Below are positions 48,081 to 62,394 of a DNA stretch of 64,000 bases, piece after piece. A model generated the notes under the pieces. It ran no database searches and was not told the DNA's origin. It worked only from the letters and a program-made list of their open reading frames with translations. This DNA comes from Gnetum montanum (taxonomy: Eukaryota; Plantae; Gnetophyta). How positions within the stretch are numbered: the first letter of the stretch is position 1; each line of letters opens with the position of its first letter. The position numbers and the translations under genes were made by a program. The stretch lies in the NCBI GenBank assembly GCA_015680685.1, contig MNCI01003108.1, positions 147,051 through 211,050 on the forward strand. Direction: 5' to 3'.

Positions 48081-49001
48081 CAGCCACCACAATTAGCTAT
48101 ACTACTCTTTGAAAGTATCATAGTACTACTGAAGATAGGTGATATGTTATTGATGCAATAATCCTTAGAATTAAAAAGATACAAAAGTTCCATCTTGTCA
48201 ACAACATGTTAAAGGTCAAGGAAAAGGAAGGTAGGAGGTACATAGACCTTGTAATCAACTCAACATTATATTGAATCATATTATTATTAGTTGCTAGTGT
48301 AAATCTAACCCCATGTTCTTATTAGTTTAAGAAAAAAATGGAGTAAAAATTTTATTGGTTGATTATTAGAGGTCCTACAAAGGATAATGCTTACCTTTTG
48401 TTACATGAAAGCTTAGCTACATGCATGCCATTTTTATTATAATTCTCAAGTTTAATCTTATTAAGTTTGCATCACAGGAACTCCATGCACAATAAAACTT
48501 GGAGTGCTTTGCTAGCACATGATCTTTCAAATCTAGAAGGAAAGAAATCAAATAACTTCTAAAGGGATAGAACGTAAATAATGTATGATATATATATAGA
48601 TAAAGTTGGAAAGAGAATATTTTGTATAAATGAGACTTGACTGCCCATGTCTTTGTGCCATACATGATTATAATTTTCATTTCCAAAGTTAGGATTAGAT
48701 TAGCATCATGAGAAAACTTTTCATTAGAAATTTGATCCAATCATCTTATAGTTAATACTTAAGATCCTAAGACAAATTTCATTGTACTTCACATCCTATT
48801 TTTAATATAATCTGTTTTTACCCGTTCAAAAAAATCTTAATAAGAAGCAAAATATTGTTTTGATATCATGCTAAAATTGAATGAACAATAAATAAACAAA
48901 TACATCTATAAAAAATAATAAAAATTACATAAAAACAATATGTTTTCTAAAATTGCATCCATATCTAGATATTTTTTTCATTCAAACATATATAAACAAC
49001 A

Positions 49002-49176
49002 GGGACAACCACTTTAGAGTGATGATAAGGTGCTTGTTTCTCAACTTGTAAGACCTGGGTTCAAGCCTTTGCACAGCCACCCAAAAGAGGTTACGCTTTT
49101 GCTCATCTATTGAGCCTCCCAGGACCCCGCCTTGGCAGAATGAGAAGTGAGCCTTTCGGGGATGATCCTTTTAATT
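49002..49176 (+). mobile_element. Au-like tRNA-derived SINE
   Basis: B box GGTTCAAGCC, CCTCCCAGGACCCCGC body motif, CCTTTT end; 14-bp TSD ATATATAAACAACA (48988-49001, 49177-49190). Confidence 0.8.
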
Positions 49177-49629
49177 ATATATAAACAACACAATAATCAC
49201 ATTAACAAATATTTTGATAAACACCACAACTGTGATGCAAGTTTCTGAGCTTCAAAAAAGGATGATTAATGAGCTTATAGATTAACCTTAACGGCCAATA
49301 TGCCTCAATACTCCTATAGGTTTGGAAGGGTGTAGTAACCTAATTTCGTACATGTCCATTGCTATCCTCTAGAAAAGATAGTTTGACTGTTCGAGGACCT
49401 GCCACTAGGGAAAATATCTAGTTTTAAATTTCTGTTTTATCATCCTAAGTGTTGTTAAATAATGTGCTTAGATCTGCAATATTCACTACATGCTCTTTGA
49501 TATATTAATTTATTATTTCCGGTGCAGTTTTATGTTATAAGTAATTTAATGTAGTAGACATGTTAGATAATATAGATTACTTTTAAAATGAGACGTTCAA
49601 TACTTCATTGTCAAGAAAATCTGACATAC

Positions 49630-49766
49630 TCATTTTGTGATTGCAGTTTTTCCTCTTGGCCAGGAGGCTCTTTGTATTGAAACATTGTGTTGCCAATGCC
49701 ATTGTCATGCCCTTCATTTGATCCATCATTAAATGTAAACAAAGGTGAAGATGCCGGTAATTGTCC
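49630..49766 (-). CDS. Host gene exon
   Basis: tgcAG|GGA...GA|GTatg, 137 bp, open frame GQLPASSPLFTFND...LQSQN. Ends in phase 2, matching the next exon starting at 32155. Confidence 0.75.
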
Positions 49767-49912
49767 CTGCATTCTCATAAAAAAATAACATCATAAGAAA
49801 ACACACAAACTAAAACATTCAAAAAATCCAGAAAAGATTCAAAAACTAGGATGAACTCCTATTGTAAAAAGCAGAAATTTTCAATTTGAAAATGTATTCT
49901 AATTATCACTAC

Positions 49913-50029
49913 CGGAAACCGACGTGAATATTGTTCATTCCTATTTAATGGTGATTGAGGTGCAGATGATAGAAATCTAGAATCAGACTGCCACAACATC
50001 ATCTGATGGTCATACTCCGTCAATTTTGC
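49913..50029 (-). CDS. Host gene exon
   Basis: accAG|...|GTagt, 117 bp, AKLTEYDHQMMLWQSDSRFLSSAPQSPLNRNEQYSRRFP. Confidence 0.75.
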
Positions 50030-50778
50030 CTGGTTAAAAAAGAAATTAATAATGAACTGAGTCAATTAAGATTCATTAGATACATCGAGGATTCTGTATG
50101 CTCTTTCAAAACTATGAAATACATTCTCAAGCTAATTTATGAAGCCCATTGCACAATGAAAACAAATACATGATCAGATTTCAAGTAAGTCCTTCCTGAT
50201 TATCAGTAATTTTTAACCCATTTCTTTATAATAAGGCATTAATACACAGATATACACCTGCGTTCTTCTTAACCATCATATCCTTTCCCAAAAAAAAAAA
50301 ACTCTTTCCAGTAGACATCACAGCTGAAGTCAGCCAATTTTTCCAGCATACTTTCAAAGTCTGCAAGGTTAGGACTATTCCTTGGTAAAAAGGTGTAGGC
50401 TTCTGCTGTTATGTGTGGATATCTATAAGCCATGTTGGCTAGGATAGAAGCTTAAATCTCTCAACAACACCTTAATCTGATTTACTCATTAAAACAAAAT
50501 ATTATATTGCCAAATTTTTATATTTCAGGGATAAATCAAAAAACGATATTCCAGTTGTTTCTCATAAATTTTCAATAATTGTTTTCCTCAAACTGTATTT
50601 CTTTCCTACACAGTGAAATTAGTTAATGTTTACACCTTGTATATATATTTTAAGACATATCTCTACCAATAAAAAGGTCTGACTTTTAAAGCAATATAAA
50701 GAAAAACTTATAATTTTTCTTTCAGTCTTAGAAAATCCTCAAGTATCTATTTTCAAGAAATGCTGCTGCTTCTGGTAC

Positions 50779-50820
50779 CTCATTAAGATTCACTCTCTCG
50801 TGCAAACCTCGTACTAAAGC
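50779..50820 (-). CDS. Host gene exon
   Basis: ttgcAG|...|GTacc, 42 bp, ALVRGLHERVNLNE; in phase with neighbours. Confidence 0.8.
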
Positions 50821-50899
50821 CTGCAACACACAAACATAAGGTGTCAAATTTCATTCTATAATACTTTTCATGATCAGGTTAACCAAATTCCAAACTCTT

Positions 50900-51097
50900 G
50901 ACTCGTGCCTTTGTACTAACAGTTGGCAACATCCGCTGTTGCCTATCAGGTTTACGGTTCAAGTCCAAGTACCATGTATAGTGAGAGCAATTAACTGAGC
51001 GTATACTTGAGGGTCTAGCTTATACCACAACCCAGGGCCTCCCCTTCCCTCCCCTCCCCACCTCCCTCATAAAAATAAATACTTAAAACAAAAAAAT
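50900..51097 (+). mobile_element. Probable tRNA-derived SINE
   Basis: B box GGTTCAAGTCC and A-rich tail; no clear TSD. Confidence 0.4.
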
Positions 51098-51445
51098 TAT
51101 GAACTATTCAAATGAATATAGAATACCATAACAGAAAGCAGAGCATGGAGTTGAAAATGTCATGCCATTGCACACGGGCAACTGCTAAGTGATCTACAAA
51201 TAGATATTCATGCAATCAGAGCAATTTAAACATTTAAAATTCATAACTCGTGGAATTTTACCCATTATCAAAGCCTAACAAGTACATGATTTAACCATGT
51301 CCCTAACATCAAACTCACTGAATATTTTTTTTCCATGTCCCCAAGTTTCATGGATGGTGATCTAAAGAAATTGTTGAGAAACATTGTAACTCACACCATT
51401 TATTCAAATTTGTTAAAAATTAAATTTTAAAGAGAGACAAATTAC

Positions 51446-51556
51446 CCTGATACTGCTGGCTACTGAATAAGCATTAGCAACACCTGGCTGGATACTATGT
51501 TCTACTAGCAGCGGTAGTAACGATGACATAAATGTATATCTGTCTTGCTCCACTTC
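51446..51556 (-). CDS. Host gene exon (first visible); At3g03560/At5g23490-like plant protein
   Basis: AG/GT bounded, 111 bp, phase 0. Encodes EVEQDRYTFMSSLLPLLVEHSIQPGVANAYSVASSIR, resembling the ERYIFMTSLLGLLAEYG..P.V.NA..I.S.IK block I recall for this family. Confidence 0.85.
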
Positions 51557-51922
51557 CTATATCAATCACAAAACTTATAAAACTTGAAATTTTCAAAACG
51601 TTTAAAATATATATATTAAGCATCTTTAAAATGCACTATTTAATTAAAACCTTTCCAGCTCCATTGTATGTATATTTCATTAAAATCTTATGTGTTGGCA
51701 ATATAAATGTTTGCACATAAATTTCACCATTTCCAACTAAATAAAGTTTACAGAAAAAAAATGTTTGACAATAGCAAGGCCTTGCAGACTTATAAAATCA
51801 AGAATGTGTACATCATAAACTGTAATACTTGAAGGTGAGAAAATAATTTTTTTCACTTTATAGAGGATTCTTGCAAAGTTTACATTACAAGTGCAAAGTC
51901 TGCTGTTGTTTGTGTGTGTGTG

Positions 51923-52728
51923 TTTTTCTTCTTCTTCTTTTCTTTTCTTTGGGGGGAAATTCAGGTGTATATTAATCAACAACAAATATGTACAGCAGTT
52001 AGATATCCCCAAAAAGGAGGGGAGAAGTCTCCCCTCACCCCCACAAAAACCACCCCCTTTTGCAATTAGCCCCAATGTAAAACTGAGTGGCAGGTCCACC
52101 CCCTAGGACTCCAACTTGGTAACCCATCAACGTCACAAATTCAGAAAACAGCCAGAACAACCAAAGTATAAACAAATCCGCAATAGCAGCCCAACCAACC
52201 CCCACCCCACCCCAGAACACAAACTAAATATGGAATGGCAGCCTTGTACAGCAACAACAGCTCCATTCGTGGCTATGAACTGCATCTAGCACCACTCTAT
52301 GGTGCTCAATGTCAATGAAAGCCACCACTTGCTGGAACTCTTTGAAAGCAGCTGCTTTACTTGCACATTTCACAACATTTCCCTCCCCATCCAGGTGAAG
52401 CTCCTTGCCCTAGCGCGGATGTGCCTTCTCAATGCTCCCCAGGGCACATTGCGCCCAATGTTCATAATGACATATGGGCAGCGCCCCTCCCAAAGCCATG
52501 TTCAAGCATTGCTTTTGTGATTCCAATCAATTTGCTACTGTATGAGTGCCTCCTCCCGTGCCTCCTCCTCCCTGTGCTCCTGTTCCTCCCTCTCCCTCTC
52601 TTCTTGGAGTTGGGCCTCCTCCTGTAGCTTGTCCCGGATCTTTTGCCTGAGCTCATCTTCCAAAGCATGCAGGGCTGCTGCCTCTACCAAATCGCAGCAA
52701 ATCCTCTCTACCTTGGCCGCCTCATTTT
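51923..52728 (-). mobile_element. Diverged L1 3' fragment copy J (coiled coil plus J-domain)
   Basis: T-rich tail 51923-51950; EGRCPYVIMNIGRNVPWGALRRHIRARA..LHLDGEG...AAAFKEFQQVVAFIDIEHHRVVLD; candidate TSD TTTGTGTGTG(TG)nTTT. Confidence 0.85.
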
Positions 52729-53599
52729 TGTGTGTGTTTCTCCATTGTGAAATGAAATATTTATCATTTATGGAATAATCATAAATCTTTTAGATATCAT
52801 TAATGGTTTCAACATTTTAGTGTTGACCCACTTTACAACTTTGGTTTAAAGCCCCCACCTGGAGTTAATGGTCACAAGAGGGTCATAAGATGGGACAGCA
52901 GTGGTTGTGGATGGAAGCAACTTTTTCAACGCACATGCCTGTTTCATATTCCAGCAAGTTTGAGCCCCACCCATGAGAAATTGTCAATTAAACAATTTGG
53001 ATAGGACTCTAGGACTCTTACAATGAAAATTTCTTTAGGTGTCTGTTCAACTAAGACATGTAACACAAGAAAAAATGTATCATAGGTACTGATGTGCTCA
53101 GTGCCATCCCTGTTGACCAAAGGCCATGACGTATCGGGAGAGAGGCACCTGCCACATTTTCTGTTCACATCTTAATTGTTGCAGGCTTCATGTGGGATCT
53201 CTTTCTTTTTTGCTATTTCCACAAAGTTCTTCTGAACTCATTTTTTCATTCTAGCCTCCTTGCCAGCTCCATCGTTGCTGCAACATGCAACTCTCTAAGC
53301 ACCATTACCACCTGCACAATCACCTTATCAACTTTGCTGCCACCTGTGGCATTCTTGTCATTCCCTCACTCTCATCATTGGCACCTACAATCATCACCTG
53401 TGTTGTTGCCACCCACGCCTGCAAAAAAACAGTCCCTATTCTGATACATTATGACGTGACTGGTAAAACCCCCATTGCCCAAAATGCATGACCTGTGGAG
53501 AGGGAGGCACCTGCCACATTTTTTGTTCTCATCTTCTTTGTTGCAGGCTTCATGTGGAATCTCTTTCTTTTTGCTATTTCCACAACACTCTTCCAAAAT

Positions 53600-56500
53600 T
53601 GTTGTACGTGGGAAAAGTCTTCGTTTAAAAGAAAAGTGTCTTGTTTCTGGTAATATTTAAAGTTCCTCTTTTGTATGATGTAAAAGGGAATCTAAAGGTT
53701 CAACATATATCTGAAAAAGTAATTTCAAAAAGTTCTCAATGGTTGTAGAAACCCTTATGAGGGGCTATAAAAAAGATTGATTGTATGTTGGAGCATAGAT
53801 GCCTTTTGTACTTGGAGCTTCGTTTGCTTTAATACAAAAGCTCTGCACTGTTTTCCCATGATTTTTCCTATTACGGTTTTCCATGTAAATTATGGTCCGT
53901 TGTTTCTTGTTTTTTTTTATCCCCTATTTTCTTTCTACACTTTTATTTCAGCAATATTTTCTAAAAGAATTAGTATCAGAGCAACAATCAAGAAGTAATG
54001 GAGTGTTTGCAGAGCACAGATAGGCTAATAGGTGTAGAGAACTAGGTATTTGGAAGCTTAGGATGGAGGACAATCTCTACTAAAAGGTATGAAATATTGT
54101 ATTGCAAAAAAAGGATAAGGAACAAGTTACTTTAGGGTTGTCTATACAAATTGGCTGAAGAAGTATTTGGACGAAGAATGGAAAAGACTTGACAGAAAAG
54201 CACTTTCTTTAATAAGTCTTGTTTGGGAGAAAGGAATTCTTTAGTCCCATAGTTCAGTTTCTTCAATGCATGAACTTTTGACAGATTTGAAAGTCATGGT
54301 ATGATCAATCGACGGATATGAATCACTATTATAGGATTAGTAAGGTTCCTAAATTGAAAAGAATATGATCAACCGACGGATATGAATCATTATTATAGTA
54401 TTAATAAGGTTCCTAAATTGAAAAGAAGGAAGGCGCATTGTTATAAGTCCATCTAAACAAAAAACTTGCTTTCTATCCAGCAATTTGATGATGTTGGTTG
54501 TAGGCTTTCTATTTCTGATGGTACATGGAAAATCAGCAAAGGAGTAATAATTCTGTTGAGTGGAACAACGGAGGGTTCCATGTACACTTTGCATATTGTT
54601 GTCATCAAGAAACTAGGGGAGGGTGTCCCTATCGTTGCTGCATATCGTTATTTTTTGTTCATAATAATTTTACTTTTCCTGCAACTACTTGTTACATCTT
54701 TTAAATTAATTCTTTCTTTTTCTTTTTTCTTTTTTCAAATAATGGAAGAAAATACATTTCACATGACTTTTCTGATTTTATTTTGAAAAGAGAATAATCC
54801 ATCGTACTACTTTAGAAACACCACAACAGAATGCGGTGGTATAAAGGTGTAATAGATCATTATTGGAATGTGCAAGGAGTATGGTAGCCAAAGCAAATTT
54901 GTCAAAACCAATTTGGCATAAGGCAATACACATTGTTGCACATCTCATTAATAGGTCACCTCATTCAGCACTAGATGGGAAAATTCCAGAGATTGTATCA
55001 AGGGAAAAGAAGATCTCTTATAAGCACTTGAGACTTTTTGGCTGTGAAGCATATGTTCATGTGCAAAAATCTGACAGGTCCAAGTTGCATGACAGAGCAC
55101 AGAAATGCATTTTTATTGGATATGATAGCAATCTTGGATACAGATTTTGAGAACCTATTTCCAGACAATTAACCATATCCAAATATGTAACCTTTAGAAA
55201 AGATTCTGTTTTTTACCCCAAACAGGTTATGATCAAGTTGAGAAAAATTCTAATCCAAATGTTCCACAAAATGAGTCTATAAGATGTCCTCCTTATGACA
55301 GTGATGATAGTTAGCAACATGAAGCTATTGATGAGGGCAATAGACCAATTTCACAAGGCGTATTATATTATAATGAAGATAAAGAGCAAAAAGAGCATAT
55401 AAAAAAACGTGAAATTTTGCCTGAAACTAAAGACAATGAAACTCAAAACAACACTCCTTTACATTGGATAAGGAGGTCTACACATGCAACAAAGCCACCT
55501 AACAAGAATTCCCCTTTTTTGAATTATGCACTATTTACTGATTATGGAGAAGCAATGCCTTTTGTAAAAGCTAAAGCATCTCCAAATGCAAACAAATGAA
55601 ATGTAGCTATGAAAGAAGAATGACAATCCTTAAAGCAAAACTATACAACAGATTTAGTGCCTTTGCTTAAAGGAAGGATAGATCTAAGGAACAACTGGGT
55701 TTATAGATTGAAGATTGATTCAAATATTCAAAAAAACATACAAGGCAAAACCAGTGACATGCAAAGTTTCATGCATTTATAAAGAAGCTGAAATATAACA
55801 ACAGCCACTTTGACCAGAGTGTTTATATTTCAGGTAGTATGAAAGGTAAGTTCTGCATTTTGTTGATTTATGTCGATGATATACGTATTTCTGGTAATGA
55901 TATAGTTGAGATAAAGATAATTAAAATTAGAAATAGTAAACAAATTTGCAATGAACTTGGGACCAAAAAGGAAAATTCTTTGCATAAAAATCAAAGGGAA
56001 TAGAAAGAGAGTCATTGTAATTAAGTCAAGAAGAATACATTTCCAAAGTGTTGGACATGTTTAGTATGTCTAACGTAAATGCAATTAGTAATCCTCTTGC
56101 CCCTCATTTCAAGTTAAGCAATAATGATTATCCAAAAAATTAAGTAGAAAGAACATGAATGGAAACTATATCATATAACTTTACCGTTGGTTCACTGATG
56201 TATACTATGCTTTTGACTAGGCTTAAGATAGCATACACTATTGTTGTTGTAAGTAGATTCATTAGTCATCCAGGTTAGATACATTGGACTACAGTGAATA
56301 GACATTACAATACTTTCTTACAAACTACAATTTGAACGAGGAGATCTACAGGTAACAAATGCAAATTTTGCCGCTGATGATCCTCTTTTTTTTTCTTTTT
56401 TTTTTTCTTCTTTTGGCATTATTAAACAGAAGAGTTGCCATGTGTTTTGTAGTTGCCAAAGTGCAATCTTTCTGGCTAAAATCCAGCTTATCATGGAAGA

Positions 56501-57150
56501 AAAAAAAGCATAGATATAAAGTATTATTTCATCAGAGACATCATATAAGAGGGATTTACAAATGTATAAAATATTTACACTACGAAGAATGTTGTTGACA
56601 ACTCGAAAAGGACTGCGAGGATGCAAAAACAAGCTTTCTATAGGAAAAAACTTGGATTAATAGGAGCAGAAACTTAAATGAACTTGGAAAGCAGAGCAGC
56701 TCTTGTTCTTGAAGATTGGCCATATTTGTCTTCAAGGGGAAGAAATGTTCAAATGAAGCCAAATCTTTGTACGTTTAGAAAGTCCTTGAAAAAAAAAGTG
56801 TCTTGGCCCTTTTAATATTTAAAGTTACAATTTTTTGTATGACGTAAAGGGAATCTATAAGGTTCCAGATATATCTGAAGTAATTTCAAAAATTTCTAGA
56901 GGGTTGTAGAAATTGTTATAAGGGGCTATAAAAGAGGATTGGCTATATGTGTTTAGTGTGTTTGTAAAGGCTTGGATGCCTGTTGTATTTGGAGCTTAGT
57001 TTGCTCTAGTGTTCTTTAATACATGATTTCTACACTCCTTTGCCATAATTTTTCCCATTGCGTTTCTTAACATAAATCCTAGTGTATTATTTCTCTTTTT
57101 TCTCTTTTTGTTTTCTTTTTGCAATTTTATTTCAGCAATATTTTCTACAA
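53600..57150 (+). mobile_element. Degenerate Ty1/copia element
   Basis: LTR-like repeats about 53600-53968 and 56745-57150; PBS-like TAGTATCAGAGC at about 53971; gag, integrase (FGCEAYVHV...KCIFIGY) and RT remnants; PPT AAGGGGAAGAAA. Confidence 0.85.
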
Positions 57151-58399
57151 GAGGTAGAACTATGGATTTCAACAGAAATTTTGGAGAAAGTCAAGAAAAT
57201 CAGTATTTTCAAAACATAATTTTTTTTCAAAATAAAAAAACCTTATAGATTGCAGATAATATGTACTTGGCAAAAGAGGATTTATCAAGAAAAGGATCAT
57301 GCATTCTCACACGAGAACATTGATCATCAAATGTGCTGCTTCTTATCAAAATCCAAGAAAAAAATTTGGCATCCTAAGAAGAATAAGTACAAAGCTGCAT
57401 TTGTTGCATATTGTTCATATAAAGCTTCATGGTATGACATGAGTAATATAGTTAAAAGCTGAAACTCTCGTATTATTGTTTAAAAATATCAGATAATCTT
57501 TGGATCTTTGTATGCCCTCACATATTTAAACAAAATGGGATTCTACTTAACTTGACAATGTTAAGTACTCTTCAATTTTGGATATTTCATCCATGGAAAC
57601 CCAATATTCACAAAAAAGATTTTAATCACAAAGGTATTTGCATGTACCTGCGTTCAGATGTTTGGCCTAGATCTCAACATTTGGGATGAACAAATTTTCA
57701 ATAGACACATGAAACCTTTTGATGTATAGTTTTGGTGTGATTAGACTTAAAAGGTTGTTACACCTCCTAAAATATGTTATAATCAGAAGCGATAGTTTCA
57801 ATAAAATAGTCAACAGATCAGATCTGAAAAAAACACTAGAGAAGCTCTAGAGAAATTATTAAAATGCTGTAGATCTGAATAAAACATTAAAGGCAGAAAA
57901 TATCATGTTGTAGCAAATCAAATAGACGCAGTAAATCACTGAAAAAACCACTGTAAACTCCATGAAACGTTTGCTGTAAAAACATAATGAAAATAGCACA
58001 AGAACACAGAGATTTACATGGTTCGGGCTCCTTTTACCGTACCTCCATGACAATGCTAGTCTGCCTTCTATTCTACTCAAATCTTAAGGACACATGCCAT
58101 CCTTATAGCTTTCCCAAGCACCCAATCTGTTACTCCAACAAATCTCAAATCAACATCAAAAAAGACTCTCGTCTCCAAGGTAAAACCTTAATACAATGCT
58201 TCCACCTCAAAAACACCCACACCTAAAGGCTACCCCAAGCCTTCTATTTATAAGGAAACATTAGGACCAAACCCCAATCCTCACACGTGGGATAAAACAC
58301 ATCCCCACATAAACATCACTTTACAAACTGACCACTTTTAAAAACATAAAAGGAAATACAACAAATAATACTAATGTATTTGTCTTCATTTTTCCAACA

Positions 58400-58410
58400 A
58401 ACTCCCCCTT
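58400..58410 (-). promoter_or_regulatory. Polypurine tract
   Basis: AAGGGGGAGTT immediately before the 3' LTR. Confidence 0.85.
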
Positions 58411-58452
58411 GAAGACAAATCCAACCAACCTTCAAAAGATGTGCACTTTTGA

Positions 58453-61400
58453 TTAAACTTCAGCTATTCCGAGCTTCTTCCTACAAAAAATGTGTTTTTT
58501 AACTATCACTGGTTTTGTTAAAGCATCAGCAACGTTAAGCTTTGTATGGAACTTCTGAACATGCACCAAGCCATCCTCTATGATTTCTCTTATGAAGTGG
58601 AACCGGATATCTATATGTTTTGTCTTGGCATGAAAGGCAGAATTCCTTACAAGATGGATTGCACTCAAACTATCACAAAACACAGCAAACCTTTGTTGTT
58701 TTAATCCAAAAGATTGCAAGAATCTCTTCATCCATAACATCTCCTTGCATGCTTCTATGAAAGCTACATATTCTGATTTGGTTGTAGATAAAGTTACCAG
58801 TGGTTGTAGACGTGACAACCAACTCACTACTACACCACCAAAAGTAAATGTGTACCCTGTAGTGGAACGTCTTGTATCATGATCAGCAACAAAGTTTGCA
58901 TCTACAAAACCTTCAATGTGCAAATTAGTATTTGCAAAACACAAGCAATGTGTTTTTGTGCCCTTTAAATATTTTAAAATCCATTTAACAGCCAATCAGT
59001 GATTCCACCCATAGTTGGTCATAAATCTACTAACTACTCCAACGGCATAAGCAATATCAAGACGTGTACAAACCATGGCATACATCAATGACCCAACAAC
59101 AGAAGTATATGGGATGTTTTTCACCTTTTCAAAATCCTCCTTTAACTTTGGACAGTCCTCCTTTGATAAATTAAATTGTGCTGAAAGAGGTGTACTTACA
59201 GGTTTTGCATCCTCCATGTTGAAACGTTTTAGAACCTTTCCAATGTAATCTTCTTGACTCAACCACAGCTTCTTTCTTTTTTGATCCCTATAAATATTCA
59301 TTCCAAGAATTTTCTTTGCCTGTCCCAAATCCTTCATACCAAATTCTTTGCCCATTTCCAGCTTTAGATGTTTTATTTTTACCATGTCATTTCCAACAAT
59401 TAACATATCATCGACATACAACAACAACACTGTAAACTTACCCGAAACATCTCTAGAAAAATACACATAGTGGTCCAACTTGTTTCTTTGATAATTCAGC
59501 TTGTTCATGAAGGTATCAAAACATTTATACCATTGCCCAGGGGCTTGTTTCAAACCATATAAGCTCTTTTTCAGTCTGCAAACCAAACCTAAACCTTGTT
59601 GTTTTTCATCCCCTTATGACTATTTCATGTATATTTCCTCCCCCAAATCTTCATGGAGGAATGTTGTTTTTATGTCAAGTTGTTCCAATTCTAAGTCCAT
59701 GCAGGCTACCAAAGATATAACTAAATGTATAGAAGAGTGTTTTACCACCAGAGGAAAAATTTCTTGAAAGTCTATGCCTAGTTTCTGTGCATAGCCTTTC
59801 ACCACCAACCTGGCCTTAAAACGTTTTTCCCCATTGACCTCTGCTTTAATTCTATATAACCACCTGCACTCCAAGGGTTTTCTCCCTTTTGGCAATTAAA
59901 TCAACTCTCATGTTTTGTTCTGCTAGAGTGATTCCCATTCATCATTCATAGCTGCCTTCCACTTTGCAACATCAGTACACGTCATGGCTTCCTCCATTGT
60001 TTCCAGTTCACCACTATCACTATAAAGTTCATAATTCAACAAGGGAGAGTACCTGTCAGGACGTCTGGTAGCTCTTGTTGACCTTCTAACCACCACTATC
60101 ACTATCATCTTCTTCTTCATTTCCTTGTCCTCCATTCTCTTCTTGTTGTCCTGAGTTCTCAGCTTGCTACCATGTAGTTTCAACATGTTGTCCTATGTTT
60201 CCAGATCTAGAAAATCCATGAATTTCATCATTTTCAACTTCTTCAATCACCCTAAAAGGAGTTCTCATGCTATCTGAGCCTTTGTTGTCCTTGTCTTTCA
60301 TTTGCAACTCACTAAACATCACGTTTTCTCTAAATTTAACATCCCTTGATCTCACTACACATTTCAATTCAGGATCCCAAAGTCTGAATCCTAAATCATC
60401 TTCTCCATATCCAATAAATATGCAACGTTTAGCGCTATCCTACAATTTAGTTCTATTCTCCTTAAATGACTGTATGAAATGTCTTTACCTCTCCAAACAG
60501 CTTCTGGAACAACATTATCAATTAAAGAATGTGGAGACATGTTCACCAAATATGCTACAGTCTTAACAGCCTCTCCCCAAATCACCTTAGGTAGGCCAGC
60601 ACCTGAAACCATTGTTCTAGCACGATCCAACAATGTTTTGTTGCATCTTTCAACAACTCCATTCTCATGTGGTGTACCAGGAGGGGTACGAATGTGCCTA
60701 ATTCCTTTGCTATTGCAGAAATCAGCAAATACTTTGGAAGTGTACTCCCCGTCGTTATCAGTTTGCAAACATTTTATTTTCAGACTTGTTTCATTTTCTA
60801 CTCTTGCAACAAATGTTTTGAAAACTGAAAACACTTCATCTTTTGATTTCAGCATATAAACCCAAACCTTTCTTGTACAATCATCTATGAAAGTCACAAA
60901 ATAAACAGATCCACGAAGAAAAATGGGAGTCATAGGACCACAAACATCAAAATAAACCAATTCTAACTTATTTTTCTTTCTGTTGTACAGATCCCTACGG
61001 AAGTTTACTCTCCTAGATTTTCCAACTAAACAATCTTTGCAATCAATTTAGGCATAAGAAAATACAAGATTGAGAGACTGATTTTGAAGTACCTTTAAGC
61101 TTAACCAGCCAATGTGTCCAAGATGTCTATGCCACACTTCAAAACTTTCGGCATCAAAAACTACTGCAACAAAGTTGCATGAATTTGCCATCAACGTATA
61201 TAAGCTGCCCTCCTTCTTTCCTTTCTAAATGCTCATGATTCCCTTGGAAATCCTTCAGTGTCTACCTCCACTACTGAAATTTAGACATGAATCATCTAGC
61301 TATGGAATTGAAATTAGCTTCTTTGTGACTTCGAAAACATGTCTAACGTTATCTATTGTCACCTTTGGCATCCCTGCTTCTTGCAGACTTATACTTCCAA

Positions 61401-62385
61401 TTCCAAGAACTTTTAAAGCTTTTCCATTTGCGGCATATACAAAACTAGATTTGAGTTCATGATAAAATGTAAAACAAGACTTATTTGGACAAATGTGGAA
61501 GGAGGCACCTGAGTCAATCAACTAGATGTCACTGCTACATCCATCTACAACCATTGTACATAGTTCTTGAACCAAGAAGCTAATGTTTTCGTCAGCTGCA
61601 TTTACCTTTAATATTCCTTCTTCCAACTTCTCCTTTCCTTTATCTTTCTGTGCTTTCCATGCGAAGCAGTTCTTCTTCAAATGACCTTTCTTCTTACAAA
61701 ACCAACACTCTTGAGTTTGAGTTTTGTCACGTGATACACCGATGTTCCTGCTTCTCTTCCTACTTGGAAAATGTCTCCTGCTTCTCCCTCTTTCCTCTGC
61801 TACATGAACATTTCCAGATCCAGAAAACTCATCTACTCTTCCTTCTAAATCTTGAAGGGTAGACACAACCTGTTCAAATGTCATAGATGAAACACTCATA
61901 GAAGTAGTAATAGACATCACAATTACAGACCAGGAATCAGGAAAGGAGTCTAACAGAGCATAGGATTTAGCTAAATCTAGAATAACAATTTTATATTCTT
62001 CCAACTTATTCAGATTTCCCATCAACTCATCCAAATGATCTTGGAAAAACACATCAAATCTCTTCTTGCATCTAAAAACTTTTTGATAAATATGAAAGGT
62101 ATTCAAACCTGATACTTTATCAAACCTATTCTTCAACGTTTGCCACAGATCATATGGATCCATATCAAGTTTAATTGACACCAAGATCTCATTGCTTAGG
62201 GTTGGATGAATGAAAGATAATGCCTTCATCTTAATTTTTCTCCAATCAACATTCGACATTCTTGCTGGTTGAGAGGGTTTTAGGGCCTCCTCACACTCCT
62301 TTTGTGCTAAAACGGTCTTCATCAAAATGCTCCAAATGTTCCAATTCCTTCCTACCAATCTTTCCATTGTTTGCAAGCTCTCCAT
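58453..62385 (-). pseudogene. Copia gag-pol (Gag CCHC, protease DSGAS, integrase, RT YVDD, RNase H)
   Basis: CWFCKKKGHLKKNC, IDSGASFH, FVTFIDD...TPHENGVVER, LKKSLYGLKQAP, LLYVDDML, CDSLSAIHL; several in-frame stops and small deletions. Confidence 0.95.
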
Positions 62386-62394
62386 CTCTTTAGA

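Noticed and set aside
57630-57690. Possible additional host exon (AG...GCAG|GTAC on the minus strand)
   Set aside because: No open, family-like peptide in a compatible phase.
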